Assembly: GCA_964291415.2 (NCBI GenBank)
Contig: OZ219920.1
Location: 768,001 to 832,000, forward strand
DNA: 64,000 bases
Direction: 5' to 3'
Source: Alphaproteobacteria bacterium
GTDB lineage: Bacteria; Pseudomonadota; Alphaproteobacteria; SP197
The notes under the pieces are model-generated. The model was given only the letters and a program-made list of their open reading frames with translations, had not been told where the DNA came from and did not search any database. Below, piece by piece: positions 51,187 through 61,118 of this stretch (its first letter is position 1; the number at the start of each line of letters is the position of its first letter). Both the position numbers and the translations under genes were made by a program.

Positions 51187-53262
51187 ATGGCTGCAAAACC
51201 CTTCCGCGTCGCGACCGACGTTGGCGGAACCTTTACCGACCTGCTGGTCTTCGAATCCCACGAAGAGACAGGAAAGGCTCGCGTTCGCAGCGCCAAGTCG
51301 GACACCACGCCCGGCGGCTACGAGAGAGGCGTGTTCGACGTCATGGAGAAGGCGGGCATCGCGGCGGACTCGGTGAACTTCCTTGCCCACGGCACGACGG
51401 TGGTCATCAACGCGCTGACCGAACGCACCGGCGTCAAGGTCGGCCTCATCACGACCCAGGGATTTCGCGACACGCTGGAGATTGCGCGCGGCAACCGGCC
51501 CGACTTCTTCAACCTGCACTACCGGAAGCCCGAGCCCTTCGTGCCGCGCCGGCTCCGCCGCGAGTTGCCCGGTCGCATCGATTACCACGGCAACGAGATG
51601 CAGCCCCTCGACCTCACGCCGCTGCCGGAGATCGTCGCGGACTTTCGGGCCGAAGGCGTGGAGGCGGTCGCCATCTGCTTCATCCACTCCTACGCAAACT
51701 CCTCGCACGAGGAGCGGGCGCTGGAGGAACTGGTTCGCCTCTGGCCCGGGGTTTCAGCCATCTCGTCTCACCAGATCACGCGGGAGTGGCGAGAATACGA
51801 GCGCACCAGCACCGCCGTGCTGTCCGCCTACGTACAACCCGTGTCGGAGCGCTACCTCCAACGCCTCGACGCCGGACTCGCCGAGCGCGGCTTCGATGGC
51901 GGCCTCTACCTCATGCAGTCCAACGGCGGCGTCGATTCCGTCGACACTGTCTCGCGGATTCCGATTACCATGGTGGAGTCGGGGCCGGCGTCGGGCGTCT
52001 GGGGCGCAGCCGAGCTCGGACGACTCATCGGCGAGCCCAGCGTGCTGGCCCTGGATATCGGCGGCACCACCGCCAAGTGCTCGCTGATCGAGGACGCCGA
52101 CGTCAGGATCAAGACCGACTACTGGATCGGGCGCAGTCGCGAGACCGCCGGCTATCCGATCATGGTGCCCGTGGTCGATCTGGTGGAGATCGGCAATGGC
52201 GGCGGATCCATCGCCTGGGTCGACGACTTCGGCAAGCTGCACGTCGGTCCGCGGTCCGCCGGCGCCTTGCCGGGTCCTGCCGCCTATGGGCGCGGCGGCA
52301 CCGAGGCCACCACCACCGACGCCAATCTATGGCTCGGCCGGATCAACCGCGACTACTTTTGCGGCGGCGAGGTGGAAGCCGACATGGATGCCGTGCGAAG
52401 GGCCATCGAAGCGGTGGGGGCGCGGCTCGGCGTTGACGCCGACGCGGCCGCCCGCGGCATCGTGCGCATCGCCAACAACAACATGGTGAACGCCCTCAAA
52501 CTGGTTTCGGTCAACCGCGGATTCGACCCGCGCGACTTCACGCTGATCGCCTTTGGCGGCGGTGGCGCGATGCACGCGGTCGCGCTGGCCCAGGAACTCG
52601 GCGTCACCAGGGTGGTGGTGCCGGCAGACGCCTCGGTTTTCTCCGCCTGGGGCATGCTGATGTCCGACCTACGTCGGGACGACGTGGTGACCCTCCTCGT
52701 CGATCTCACCCGCGACAACGCGGCTGTCATCGAGGCGGCGTATGGCGAGGCGGAGGAGCGCGCGCGGAGCCGCTTTGCGGCCGAGGGCATCGCTGCATCG
52801 GCGGTCAAGATCGCGCGCCTCGGCAGATTCCGCTATCAGAACCAGGAGCACACCACCGAGGTGCCGCTGGCGAGAGGCCCGGTGACCGCCGACGATGTCG
52901 CCGTCATCGAAGCCGACTTCCACGAGATCTACGAGCGCGAGTACACCTACAGGCTCGACGCCCCGGTCGAGATGGTGGGCCTCCACGTCGTCGCCACGGT
53001 CGACATCGGCAAGCTCACCGTGATCCCGCGGGAGACGACAGGGCGAATTCTCGCAGACGCGCAGAAGGGCACGCGCCGGGTCGACTATGCACTCGAAGGC
53101 CTGCACGAGGCGGCGCTCTACGACGGCGAGCGGCTGGAGCCCGGCATGGGCTTCGATGGCCCGGCCATCGTGGAGGATCCTGGCACCACGGTCGTCATCC
53201 ACCCCGGCAATCACGCCGAGGTGGATGACTTCGGAAACATCCGCATTCATATTCGCAACTGA
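51187..53262 (+). CDS. Hydantoinase A / 5-oxoprolinase (ATP-binding subunit)
   Basis: DVGGTFTD, HGTTVVINA, REYERTST, ESGPASG, DIGGTT, AFGGGGAMHA. Confidence 0.92.
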   Translation: MAAKPFRVATDVGGTFTDLLVFESHEETGKARVRSAKSDTTPGGYERGVFDVMEKAGIAADSVNFLAHGTTVVINALTERTGVKVGLITTQGFRDTLEIARGNRPDFFNLHYRKPEPFVPRRLRRELPGRIDYHGNEMQPLDLTPLPEIVADFRAEGVEAVAICFIHSYANSSHEERALEELVRLWPGVSAISSHQITREWREYERTSTAVLSAYVQPVSERYLQRLDAGLAERGFDGGLYLMQSNGGVDSVDTVSRIPITMVESGPASGVWGAAELGRLIGEPSVLALDIGGTTAKCSLIEDADVRIKTDYWIGRSRETAGYPIMVPVVDLVEIGNGGGSIAWVDDFGKLHVGPRSAGALPGPAAYGRGGTEATTTDANLWLGRINRDYFCGGEVEADMDAVRRAIEAVGARLGVDADAAARGIVRIANNNMVNALKLVSVNRGFDPRDFTLIAFGGGGAMHAVALAQELGVTRVVVPADASVFSAWGMLMSDLRRDDVVTLLVDLTRDNAAVIEAAYGEAEERARSRFAAEGIAASAVKIARLGRFRYQNQEHTTEVPLARGPVTADDVAVIEADFHEIYEREYTYRLDAPVEMVGLHVVATVDIGKLTVIPRETTGRILADAQKGTRRVDYALEGLHEAALYDGERLEPGMGFDGPAIVEDPGTTVVIHPGNHAEVDDFGNIRIHIRN

Positions 53263-53281
53263 GCGAGATGGTGGCAGCACC

Positions 53282-54997
53282 ATGAACACGACGAGCCCGA
53301 TCGCGAACGACCCGATCACCCTGGAGATCATCCAGAACTCGCTGCAGAGCGCGGCCGACGAGATGTTCGCCGCCATGAAGAAGACGGCGATGAGTTCGAT
53401 CATCTACGAGGTGCTCGACATGGGTACAGGGATCACCGATGCGAAGGGAGAGATCGCCTGCTCCGGCGCCGGCATTCCGGGTTTCGTCGGCGTGCTCGAC
53501 AAGGCCGTGAAGGTGATTGCCGGGAAGTTTGGCGCCCCCGGCGCCGTCGAAGCCGGCGATGTCTTCGTCACCAACGATCCCTACTACGGCGGGGTGACGC
53601 ACCTCAACGACATCGTGGTCGCGATGCCGGTCTTCGCCGAAGACCGCATCATCGCCTGGACCGCGAACATCGCGCACAACTCCGACGTGGGCGGCATGGC
53701 GCCGGGCTCGCTGACCGGCGATGCGACGGAGATCTTTCAGGAAGGGCTCCGCCTTCCCGCCATCAAGATGATCTCCAGGGGCGAGCCCATTCAGCCGGTC
53801 ATGGAGATCATCAAGGTCAACTCGCGCATGCCCGACGTGCTCGAGGGCGACGTATGGGCGGCTGTCGCGTCCGTGCGCATCGGCGCCGCCCGGCTTGCCG
53901 AGATCGCCGGAAAGTATGGCGCCGCCACCTTCGAAGAGGCGATGACCGCGTTCATGGACTATGGCGAACGGGTCTCGCGGGCGGCGCTCTCGACGCTGCC
54001 CAAGGGCGTCTTCACGCTTTCGGAGGAGCAGGACGACGGTCTGGTCTTCAACGTCACGATCACGATCGAGGACGACGAATTCGTCGTCGACCTTGCGGAC
54101 AATCCGGACCAGGCCGCCAGCCCGGTCAACACCAGCCGGGACAGCGTGATCGTGTCGGCCCAGATGATCTTCAAGTCGCTGACCGCCCCCCATTCACCCT
54201 CGAATGCCGGCTCGTTCCGTCCCATCCGCCTGCTGACGAGGGAGGGCTCCGTGTTCCACGCCAGGGAGCCCGCGCCCGTCGGCTTCTACTACGAGGTCGA
54301 CCTGCGCGCCTACGACCTGATGTGGCGCTGCCTCGCCCGGCACATGCCGGAACGTCTGGCGGCCGGGCACTTCGCCTCCGTCTGCGGCACCTTCATCGGC
54401 GGCATCCATCCCGACACTGGCCGCCAGTACACCATCATCGAGCCGCAGCTCGGCGGCTGGGGCGGCCGCGAGGGCATGGATGGCAACAGCGCCATGTTCT
54501 CCGGCGCCCATGGCGAGACCTTCAACTGTCCTGCCGAGGTGAACGAGGCGCGCAACGGGCTCTACGTCGACCAGTTGACGCTCAACCTCGAACCAGGCGG
54601 GGAGGGCCAGTTCACCGGCGGTCGCGGTATCGTCATGGACTACCGCGTGCGCGCGGACGATGGCTTCCTCACCGTCGGGTACACGCGTTCGAAGTATCCT
54701 GCCTGGGCGCTCGACGGCGGCAACGAGGGCTCGCCCAACTACGTCGAGTTCATTCCGCGCGAGGGCGAGCGGCAGCGCTTCGCCTTCGTCTCGGGCCTCA
54801 AGACGCGCCGCGACGACGTGATCCGCGTCGTCACCGGCAACGGCGGCGGCTTCGGAGATCCCAGGAAGCGCGACCCCGAGAATGTGCGCCGCGACGTGAA
54901 GAACGGCCTTATCAGCGCCGAGCGGGCGCGGGAGGTCTACGGCGTGACGGTCGACAAATCCGAGACAGCCGGTTCAGACAACGCGAGGACCTCATGA
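53282..54997 (+). CDS. Hydantoinase B / 5-oxoprolinase subunit
   Basis: DPITLEII, NDPYYGGVTHLND, HNSDVGG, FQEGLRLP, GGGFGDP. Confidence 0.92.
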   Translation: MNTTSPIANDPITLEIIQNSLQSAADEMFAAMKKTAMSSIIYEVLDMGTGITDAKGEIACSGAGIPGFVGVLDKAVKVIAGKFGAPGAVEAGDVFVTNDPYYGGVTHLNDIVVAMPVFAEDRIIAWTANIAHNSDVGGMAPGSLTGDATEIFQEGLRLPAIKMISRGEPIQPVMEIIKVNSRMPDVLEGDVWAAVASVRIGAARLAEIAGKYGAATFEEAMTAFMDYGERVSRAALSTLPKGVFTLSEEQDDGLVFNVTITIEDDEFVVDLADNPDQAASPVNTSRDSVIVSAQMIFKSLTAPHSPSNAGSFRPIRLLTREGSVFHAREPAPVGFYYEVDLRAYDLMWRCLARHMPERLAAGHFASVCGTFIGGIHPDTGRQYTIIEPQLGGWGGREGMDGNSAMFSGAHGETFNCPAEVNEARNGLYVDQLTLNLEPGGEGQFTGGRGIVMDYRVRADDGFLTVGYTRSKYPAWALDGGNEGSPNYVEFIPREGERQRFAFVSGLKTRRDDVIRVVTGNGGGFGDPRKRDPENVRRDVKNGLISAERAREVYGVTVDKSETAGSDNARTS

Positions 54998-55803
54998 AGG
55001 CCAACGCCCCCCTCAAGGTCATGTACCTCAGCCCGACCGGAGCCGACGACTACGATGCTGTCTTCGCCGAGATGGCGCGAAGCTACAAGCTGTCAAGCAC
55101 CGAGGTGCACGTCACCTGCCTCGCCAACCCGGGCGGGAGCTTCACCCACATCGAGTACCGCTCCTACGAGACCATCGTCTCGCGCGGCATCATCCAGGCG
55201 ACTCGCCAGGCGGCGCGGGAGAACTTCGACGCGCTGGCCATCGGCTGCTTCTACGACACGGGCCTGCACGATGCGCGCGAGATTTCGGGCGAGATGGTGG
55301 TGACCGCCCCCTGCCTTGCCTCCTGCGAGATTGCGTCGAGCCTCGCCAACCGCTTCGGCATCATCGTCGGCAGGCGGAAATGGGTAAACCAGATGAACGC
55401 CGTCGCCCGCGAGCACGGCTACGGCGAGCGCCTCAGCGGCTTCTATCACGTGGACCTCGGCGTGAACGACTTCCAGACCGACCATGCGGAGACCAGACGC
55501 CGCCTGGTTGCGGCCGGACGCAAGGCAGTGGAGGAGGACTACGCCGAAGCGCTCATTCTCGGCTGCACGCTGGAGATCGGCTTCTACAAGGAGGTCGAAG
55601 AGGCCGTGGGCGTGCCGGTGATCGACCCCTCCATCGCCGCGATGAAGCGGGCCGAGTATGCCGCCAATCTCAAGCGTCAGTGCGGCTGGGTGCCGAGCCG
55701 GATGTGGTCCTGCGAGCCGCCGCCGGAGGAGGAGATCGCCCGCTTCGGCGGCTTCGACGACGGTGACGCCTTTGCCCGGCGCCTGGTGGTGGAGGCGCAG
55801 TGA
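54994..55803 (+). CDS. Hydantoin racemase (Asp/Glu/hydantoin racemase family)
   Basis: IGCFYDTGL and ILGCT two-cysteine motifs, VPVIDP; ATGA overlap with hydantoinase B. Confidence 0.88.
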   Translation: MKANAPLKVMYLSPTGADDYDAVFAEMARSYKLSSTEVHVTCLANPGGSFTHIEYRSYETIVSRGIIQATRQAARENFDALAIGCFYDTGLHDAREISGEMVVTAPCLASCEIASSLANRFGIIVGRRKWVNQMNAVAREHGYGERLSGFYHVDLGVNDFQTDHAETRRRLVAAGRKAVEEDYAEALILGCTLEIGFYKEVEEAVGVPVIDPSIAAMKRAEYAANLKRQCGWVPSRMWSCEPPPEEEIARFGGFDDGDAFARRLVVEAQ

Positions 55804-55857
55804 GGGTCCCGCCAACCCGCCTCTTCGAATGCCGGACAGCCCGGAGAAGAGGATCAG

Positions 55858-56610
55858 CTAGTAGATGCTGAAAGAGAAATAGCGGGCGTTGATCGCCTCG
55901 TAGGTGCCGTCAGCCAGGATCTCCCCGATCGCCTGATTGAGCCGCAGGCGCAGTGTGTCGTCATCCTTGCGGACGGCGATGCCGATGCCCTCGTCGAGGC
56001 GATATCCGTCGCCGGCAAACTCGAAGTCGGCGCCTTGCGGACTCTGCAACCAGTCCCAGAAACCGAGTCCGTCGCCGAAAATCGCGTCAATGCTGCCCTC
56101 GACAAGCGCCTGCAGGGGCGCACCGGATTCCGTGAACAGCCTGATGTCGGCAACTCCCGACAGGTTGGCCTCCAGCCAGTCCGACGAGACTGTCGCGCGC
56201 GCCGCGCCGATGGATCTTCCCGCCGGCGCTTCCGGGTCGAAGCCCGAGTCCTTGCGGCTCACGAATCGGACGACATTGCTGTAGTACCGGTCAGTGAAGG
56301 ACACCAGATGCCTGCGTTGTTCGGTAATCGACATGCTGGAAACGATGGCGTCGAACCTGCCGTCCCGCAGTCCGGGGATCAACTCCTCCCAGTCCTCGCG
56401 GACGAAGGCGCACTCGACCTCCAGCCTTGCGCAAAGCGCCATGGCAATGTCGACATCGAAGCCGCTGAACTGCCCGTCGTCATCGATGTGACTGAAGGGC
56501 GGATAGTCGGGAGCGATGCCGATACGCAACGTTGACTGCTCCGTATCGTCGCCGAACGCGGAGGCCAGAAACAGAAGCGCCAACGCCAGTGCTGCGGTCA
56601 GTACTCTCAC
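55858..56610 (-). CDS. Polar amino-acid (family 3) ABC substrate-binding protein, orphan
   Basis: YPPF, GFDVDIA, SMSITEQR, GIAVRK, DGTYEAI; GTG start after GGAGG. Confidence 0.88.
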   Translation of the reverse strand: MRVLTAALALALLFLASAFGDDTEQSTLRIGIAPDYPPFSHIDDDGQFSGFDVDIAMALCARLEVECAFVREDWEELIPGLRDGRFDAIVSSMSITEQRRHLVSFTDRYYSNVVRFVSRKDSGFDPEAPAGRSIGAARATVSSDWLEANLSGVADIRLFTESGAPLQALVEGSIDAIFGDGLGFWDWLQSPQGADFEFAGDGYRLDEGIGIAVRKDDDTLRLRLNQAIGEILADGTYEAINARYFSFSIY

Positions 56611-56699
56611 GGTCACCTCCCTGTCGATGCCCGCCACGTTATCACGATGGGTGACAGGGTGGGGACGAACTCCCCCCTGGGTCCATTGAAGATCAGGAT

Positions 56700-56917
56700 C
56701 TTTCAGCGGCTGTACGGCGGCCCCACGCGCCGCCCTGGTGTGCGGCATCGGTGCGGCCGATGCCCTCAGCGTGGGCACTTCCCATAGTGTGATGTCGCAG
56801 ACGCACAAGGGGCGAGTCCGCGTTGGTGACAGTGACGAAGTCCTGGTATTGCGGAGACAGCTGACTGCGGTCCCCGTGCCACCACAGCAGGATGTGGGGG
56901 AGCGTGCGGCGTTTCAC
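56700..56917 (-). pseudogene. Degenerate VapC (PIN) toxin remnant
   Basis: GTG overlaps the antitoxin stop. Translates to VKRRTLPHILLWWHGDRSQLS...SPL, then after a frame change CVCDITLWEV. The first catalytic Asp (LLDTH) is lost and no C-terminal half is visible. Confidence 0.65.
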
Positions 56918-57168
56918 CGCTCCAGCCTGTCCCAGTGCTCTTCCGGAAACACCGGTTCCAGAACATCGCCGATGATGACGACCGTTCCCTTCAGATCGTC
57001 CTGAGGACACCCCTCGTCCTCTCCGGTAGCACGTGAGAGAGCAGCGACAGGCCGGCCGTGCTTCAGAATGACCACCCGCTCGCCCGTCTCATGGACCTGG
57101 TCGAGGATGGCAAGACATCGCGCCTTGAAATCGGATGCGTTGATGGTCGTCTGTCTTGATTGAGGCAT
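56914..57168 (-). CDS. Phd/YefM family antitoxin
   Basis: INASDFKARCLAILDQVHETGERVVILKHGRPVA. Confidence 0.88.
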   Translation of the reverse strand: MPQSRQTTINASDFKARCLAILDQVHETGERVVILKHGRPVAALSRATGEDEGCPQDDLKGTVVIIGDVLEPVFPEEHWDRLER

Positions 57169-57184
57169 GTCGTCAGCGGGCAAG

Positions 57185-58237
57185 TCAGCCGGGGTCGAGT
57201 TCGGGGTCGGGTATCCGTCCGCGCCAGGCCTTGCGGTACTCGTAAACGTCCGTGATCATCATCTCCGTCCACCAGCCGCAACGGGTCGGCGGATAGCGTG
57301 CCGGCCGGTCGTCGTTCACGAACCGCTCGATGGGTGTGACGACGCAGTCATGGTTGGCGCCGAAGAAGAAGGGGAACGACACCCTCTCGCGCCCCGACCT
57401 GTTGATGACCCGGTGAGGCGTTGAGACGAATTCGCCGTTCGTCCAGCGCATCAGCATGTCGCCGATGTTGACGACGATGCTGCCGGGGATCGGCGTCGCC
57501 TGGATCCACTCGCCGTTGCGATGGCCGACCTGGAGGCCGCCGACATCATCCTGGAGAAGGAGGGTGAAACACTCGTAGTCGGTGTGGGCGCCGATACCGA
57601 TACGGCGGGGATCGATGGGCCCGTCCTGCGGCGGATAGTAGATCAGCCGCAACTGGCCCATGGGCTTGTTGGTCCTGTCGTCAAACCAGCCTTCCTCGAG
57701 ACCAAGCGTCATCTCGAACGTGCGCAACAGCATCCGGGCAAGACCGAGGACCGACTCGTAGTAGGAATAGACCGCATCCTGAAAGCCGGGCAGATTGTCG
57801 GGCCAGACGTTGGGGCCAAGCATGATGTTGCCGGCAAGGTAGTCCGGGTCGTCGTGGGGCAGTTCCAGGGAGACCTCGTAGCCTTCCTGGACGTCCGGCT
57901 CGGAATTGATGTCGGCATAGAGACCGCCCTGGGGCACATAGCCGCGGTGGCGCTGAACGTGATCGATGTCGAGCTTCAGCTTTTCTTCAAGGGGCTGATT
58001 GAAAAAACGGAAGGTCTGGTGGATCAGCGAGTCGATCCTGGTCTCCGGAATGCCGTGATTGACGATGTAGAAGAAGCCCGTGTGACGGCAGGCGTCACCG
58101 ATCGCCTGCGCCACCTGGCGCTTCGCGTCGCCCGATCCGTTCCGGAAGGGTGCGAAGTCGATGACCGGGATGGTGCTGATGTCGAGTGTCCTGGCGTCGA
58201 TCGTTTCAGTCCTGTCCAGAGCCGTGCCTGCGGTCAT
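57185..58237 (-). CDS. 2-oxoglutarate/Fe(II) oxygenase (isopenicillin N synthase family)
   Basis: IPVIDF, GFFYIVNHGI, HTD...H facial triad (AHTDY, STPHRV), RVSFPFF. Confidence 0.92.
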   Translation of the reverse strand: MTAGTALDRTETIDARTLDISTIPVIDFAPFRNGSGDAKRQVAQAIGDACRHTGFFYIVNHGIPETRIDSLIHQTFRFFNQPLEEKLKLDIDHVQRHRGYVPQGGLYADINSEPDVQEGYEVSLELPHDDPDYLAGNIMLGPNVWPDNLPGFQDAVYSYYESVLGLARMLLRTFEMTLGLEEGWFDDRTNKPMGQLRLIYYPPQDGPIDPRRIGIGAHTDYECFTLLLQDDVGGLQVGHRNGEWIQATPIPGSIVVNIGDMLMRWTNGEFVSTPHRVINRSGRERVSFPFFFGANHDCVVTPIERFVNDDRPARYPPTRCGWWTEMMITDVYEYRKAWRGRIPDPELDPG

Positions 58238-58368
58238 GGTTCCCCTTCCGGATTGCCCTCGATTGGCCTGGCGGGAAGTGTGGCGCAAGGGTCGCGCAGG
58301 GACAAGGTCTTGCCCGCCGCCGGTTGCTTGAGCGAAAGTGAGCCGCTCCGAGGCGGGGGAAACCGGAC

Positions 58369-59931
58369 GTGCGGCGTATTGGGATCGATGTCGGGGGGAC
58401 CAACACCGACGCCGTGCTGGTCGATGGCACGACGGTGGTGGCGAGCATCAAGGTTGCGACCACCGCCGATATCATGACCGGCATCTCGCGTGCCCTTGCC
58501 GGAGTGATCGGCGAGCCGGAGGCGTCCGGTCCGGTCGAGGCGGTCATGGTGGGAACCACCCGCTTCACCAATTCCATTGTCGAGGGGCGCAACCTGGACT
58601 CTGTCGCCTGCCTGCGCATCGGTCTTCCCGCCAGCCGCACGCTCGCGCCCCTTGTGGACTGGCCATCCCGTCTCGCGAAACCTGTTCGTGGCCTGGTCTG
58701 CAGTGTCGAGGGTGGGCACGAGGTCGACGGCAGGGTTCTTGTCGCTCTCGACGAGGAGGCGGTTGCCGCCTTCGCCGACCGGGTTGCCGACAGCGAGTGC
58801 CGCAACGTGGCGATTGCCTCGATATTCTCACCTCTCAACAGGTCCTGCGAGGAACGGGCCCGGGACATCATTGCCATGCGGTGCCCCGACTGCCGTATCA
58901 CGCTGTCGGCCGATATCGGAAGGATCGGTCTCCTGGCGCGCGAGAATGCCGCCATCCTCAATGCCAGTCTGCGCCCCCTTGCAGAGCGCTTCACCAGGGC
59001 CCTGGACGACGCCCTGGAAGACGCAGGCCTCGACTCCCGTCTCTATCTCACCCGGAACGACGGCACGGTTCTGCTTGCCGGGGAAGCCGAGCGGTTTCCT
59101 GTCTTCAGCCTGGCCTGCGGACCGACCAATTCGATGCGGGGCGCCGCCCTTCTGAGTGGGCTTGACCACGGCATCGTCGTCGATGTCGGTGGCACGACGA
59201 GCGACGTCGGCATGCTGGAGGCAGGATTCCCGCGAGAAGCGAACAATGTCGTCATCCTGTCCGGTATCAGGACCCTCTTTCGCATGCCCGATCTCATTTC
59301 GATCGGTCTTGGCGGCGGGTCACTGGTCGACGAGAAGGCGGGCACCATCGGACCTGCCAGCACGGGCCACGAGATTGATCCGCGGGCCCGTGTCTTTGGC
59401 GGCGACGAACTGACGGCAAGCGATCTGGGCGTGGCGGCGAACAGGCTTGATCTTGGCGACAGGGGCCGTCTGGCGGACCTCGATCCGGCGACGGCCGATT
59501 CCCTTCTCGACGTCGCCTCGACCATGCTCGCCGACGCCATCGACCGCATCAAGGTCCGTGCCGGCGATGAGCCGGTCATCGCCGTGGGAGGAGGGGCCTT
59601 TCTCGTGGCGGACGACGTCAGGGGCGCCAGCGAGGTGATCCGCGTCGAACATGGCGCCGTCGCCAACGCGGTGGGTGCGGCCATGGCCCAGGTTTCGGGA
59701 GAATGCGACCGGGTGTTCACGGGCCTGGCGCGGGACGAGGCACTCCGCCGCGCCCGCACCATGGCCGAGGAGAACGCCGTCGCCGGCGGCGCCGAGGCGC
59801 GGACGCTGCAGACCGTCGACATGGAGGATCTGCCCCTTGCCTACCTTCCGGGCAATGCGCTGCGCGCCAGGGTGCGCGTCGTGGGCGACATCGCCACTGA
59901 GGCTCAGCCGTCGGCCGTGACGCCTGACTGA
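58369..59931 (+). CDS. Hydantoinase/oxoprolinase A-family protein (short form)
   Basis: GIDVGGTNTD, GTTRFTN, CGPTNSMRGA, DVGGTTSD, ANAVGAA. Confidence 0.88.
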   Translation: MRRIGIDVGGTNTDAVLVDGTTVVASIKVATTADIMTGISRALAGVIGEPEASGPVEAVMVGTTRFTNSIVEGRNLDSVACLRIGLPASRTLAPLVDWPSRLAKPVRGLVCSVEGGHEVDGRVLVALDEEAVAAFADRVADSECRNVAIASIFSPLNRSCEERARDIIAMRCPDCRITLSADIGRIGLLARENAAILNASLRPLAERFTRALDDALEDAGLDSRLYLTRNDGTVLLAGEAERFPVFSLACGPTNSMRGAALLSGLDHGIVVDVGGTTSDVGMLEAGFPREANNVVILSGIRTLFRMPDLISIGLGGGSLVDEKAGTIGPASTGHEIDPRARVFGGDELTASDLGVAANRLDLGDRGRLADLDPATADSLLDVASTMLADAIDRIKVRAGDEPVIAVGGGAFLVADDVRGASEVIRVEHGAVANAVGAAMAQVSGECDRVFTGLARDEALRRARTMAEENAVAGGAEARTLQTVDMEDLPLAYLPGNALRARVRVVGDIATEAQPSAVTPD

Positions 59932-61118
59932 GTGAAGCGGGTGATGTCGCTGTCGCTGTAGCCCAGTTCCGCGAGAATCTCCCGGGTGTACTGGCCGTAG
60001 ACCGTGGCCGGCCGTGCCGGACCGCCGGGCGTCGCCGAGAACTTGACCGGCAGGCCAAGGGTCTGCACCTTCCCGGCGACAGGGTGGTCCTGCGTCACCA
60101 CCATTTCGCGGTCCAGCGCCTGGGGATCCCGGTGCATGCCCGGAATGGTGTTGATGGGTCCGCTGGGCATGCCGGCCGTCTCGAGTTCCGCGATCCACTC
60201 GTTGGTCGTCTTCACCGACATGCGCTCGTCAAGCTCGCTTGCAAGTTCCGCAACATTGGCCATGCGCTTGGCGTTGGTGTCGAATCGCGGGTCGTTTTCG
60301 AGGGCGGGGTCCACCAGTTCGCAGAACTTCGGCCACATCCAGCCGCCGGCACTGACCGTGATATGGCCGTCTTTCGTGCGAATGGCCTGGTAGGGGGCAA
60401 CAAGGGGGTGCCCGGACCCCAGGGGTTGCGGCGCCTCGCCGGTGGCAAAGGCGATGGCCGAATGCCAGTAGGTCTGGACGATACCGGCCTCGAAGAGGGA
60501 GGTGTCGACCATCTGCCCTTCGCCCGTCGCGTCGCGGTGGCGAAGGGCAGCGCACAGGCCCATGGCGAGCAGGATGCCGGCAGTGATGTCGGTCATCGGC
60601 ACGCCGGGCTTCACGGGAGGGCGTCCCGGCGCCTCTCCGGTCACGCTCATGATTCCGGACATGGCCTGGGCCATGAGATCGTAGCCCGGGCGCTGGCCAT
60701 AGGGCCCTGTCCTGCCGAAACCGCTCACCGCGCCGTAGATGATGGCGGGATTGACCGCGCGGGCATCCTCGTAGCCGAGACCGAGGCGGTCGAGCACGCC
60801 GGGGCGGAAGTTCTCGACGATGATGTCCGCAGACGCGATGAGGCGCCTTGCGATGTCGACTGCCTCCTTGCGCTTGAGATCGAGTGGAAGGCCCCGCTTG
60901 TTGCGGTTGACGATCATGTAGGACGCCGACACGCCGTTGATCCAGTAGGGATCGTCGGCATTGTGGGACGGGTCCTCTTCGAAGGGGACGCGCTCGATCT
61001 TGATGACGTCGGCTCCCATGTCGGCGAGCATCAGCGTGCAGGTCGGACCGGCCATCACATGGGTGAAGTCGATGACACGGACGCCGTTGAGGGGCCCATA
61101 GCCGCTTTCCACGGTCAT
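59904..61118 (-). CDS. Family III CoA-transferase (CaiB/BaiF)
   Basis: PLNGVRVIDFT, LADMGADVIKIE, NRNKR, ENFRPG, YDLMAQAMSG. Confidence 0.92.
   Translation of the reverse strand: MTVESGYGPLNGVRVIDFTHVMAGPTCTLMLADMGADVIKIERVPFEEDPSHNADDPYWINGVSASYMIVNRNKRGLPLDLKRKEAVDIARRLIASADIIVENFRPGVLDRLGLGYEDARAVNPAIIYGAVSGFGRTGPYGQRPGYDLMAQAMSGIMSVTGEAPGRPPVKPGVPMTDITAGILLAMGLCAALRHRDATGEGQMVDTSLFEAGIVQTYWHSAIAFATGEAPQPLGSGHPLVAPYQAIRTKDGHITVSAGGWMWPKFCELVDPALENDPRFDTNAKRMANVAELASELDERMSVKTTNEWIAELETAGMPSGPINTIPGMHRDPQALDREMVVTQDHPVAGKVQTLGLPVKFSATPGGPARPATVYGQYTREILAELGYSDSDITRFTQSGVTADG

Noticed and set aside
53854-54993. N-terminal 380 aa of the 649-aa ORF, suggesting a racemase fusion
   Set aside because: Off-frame overlap with hydantoinase B. 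The real racemase starts at ATG 54994.
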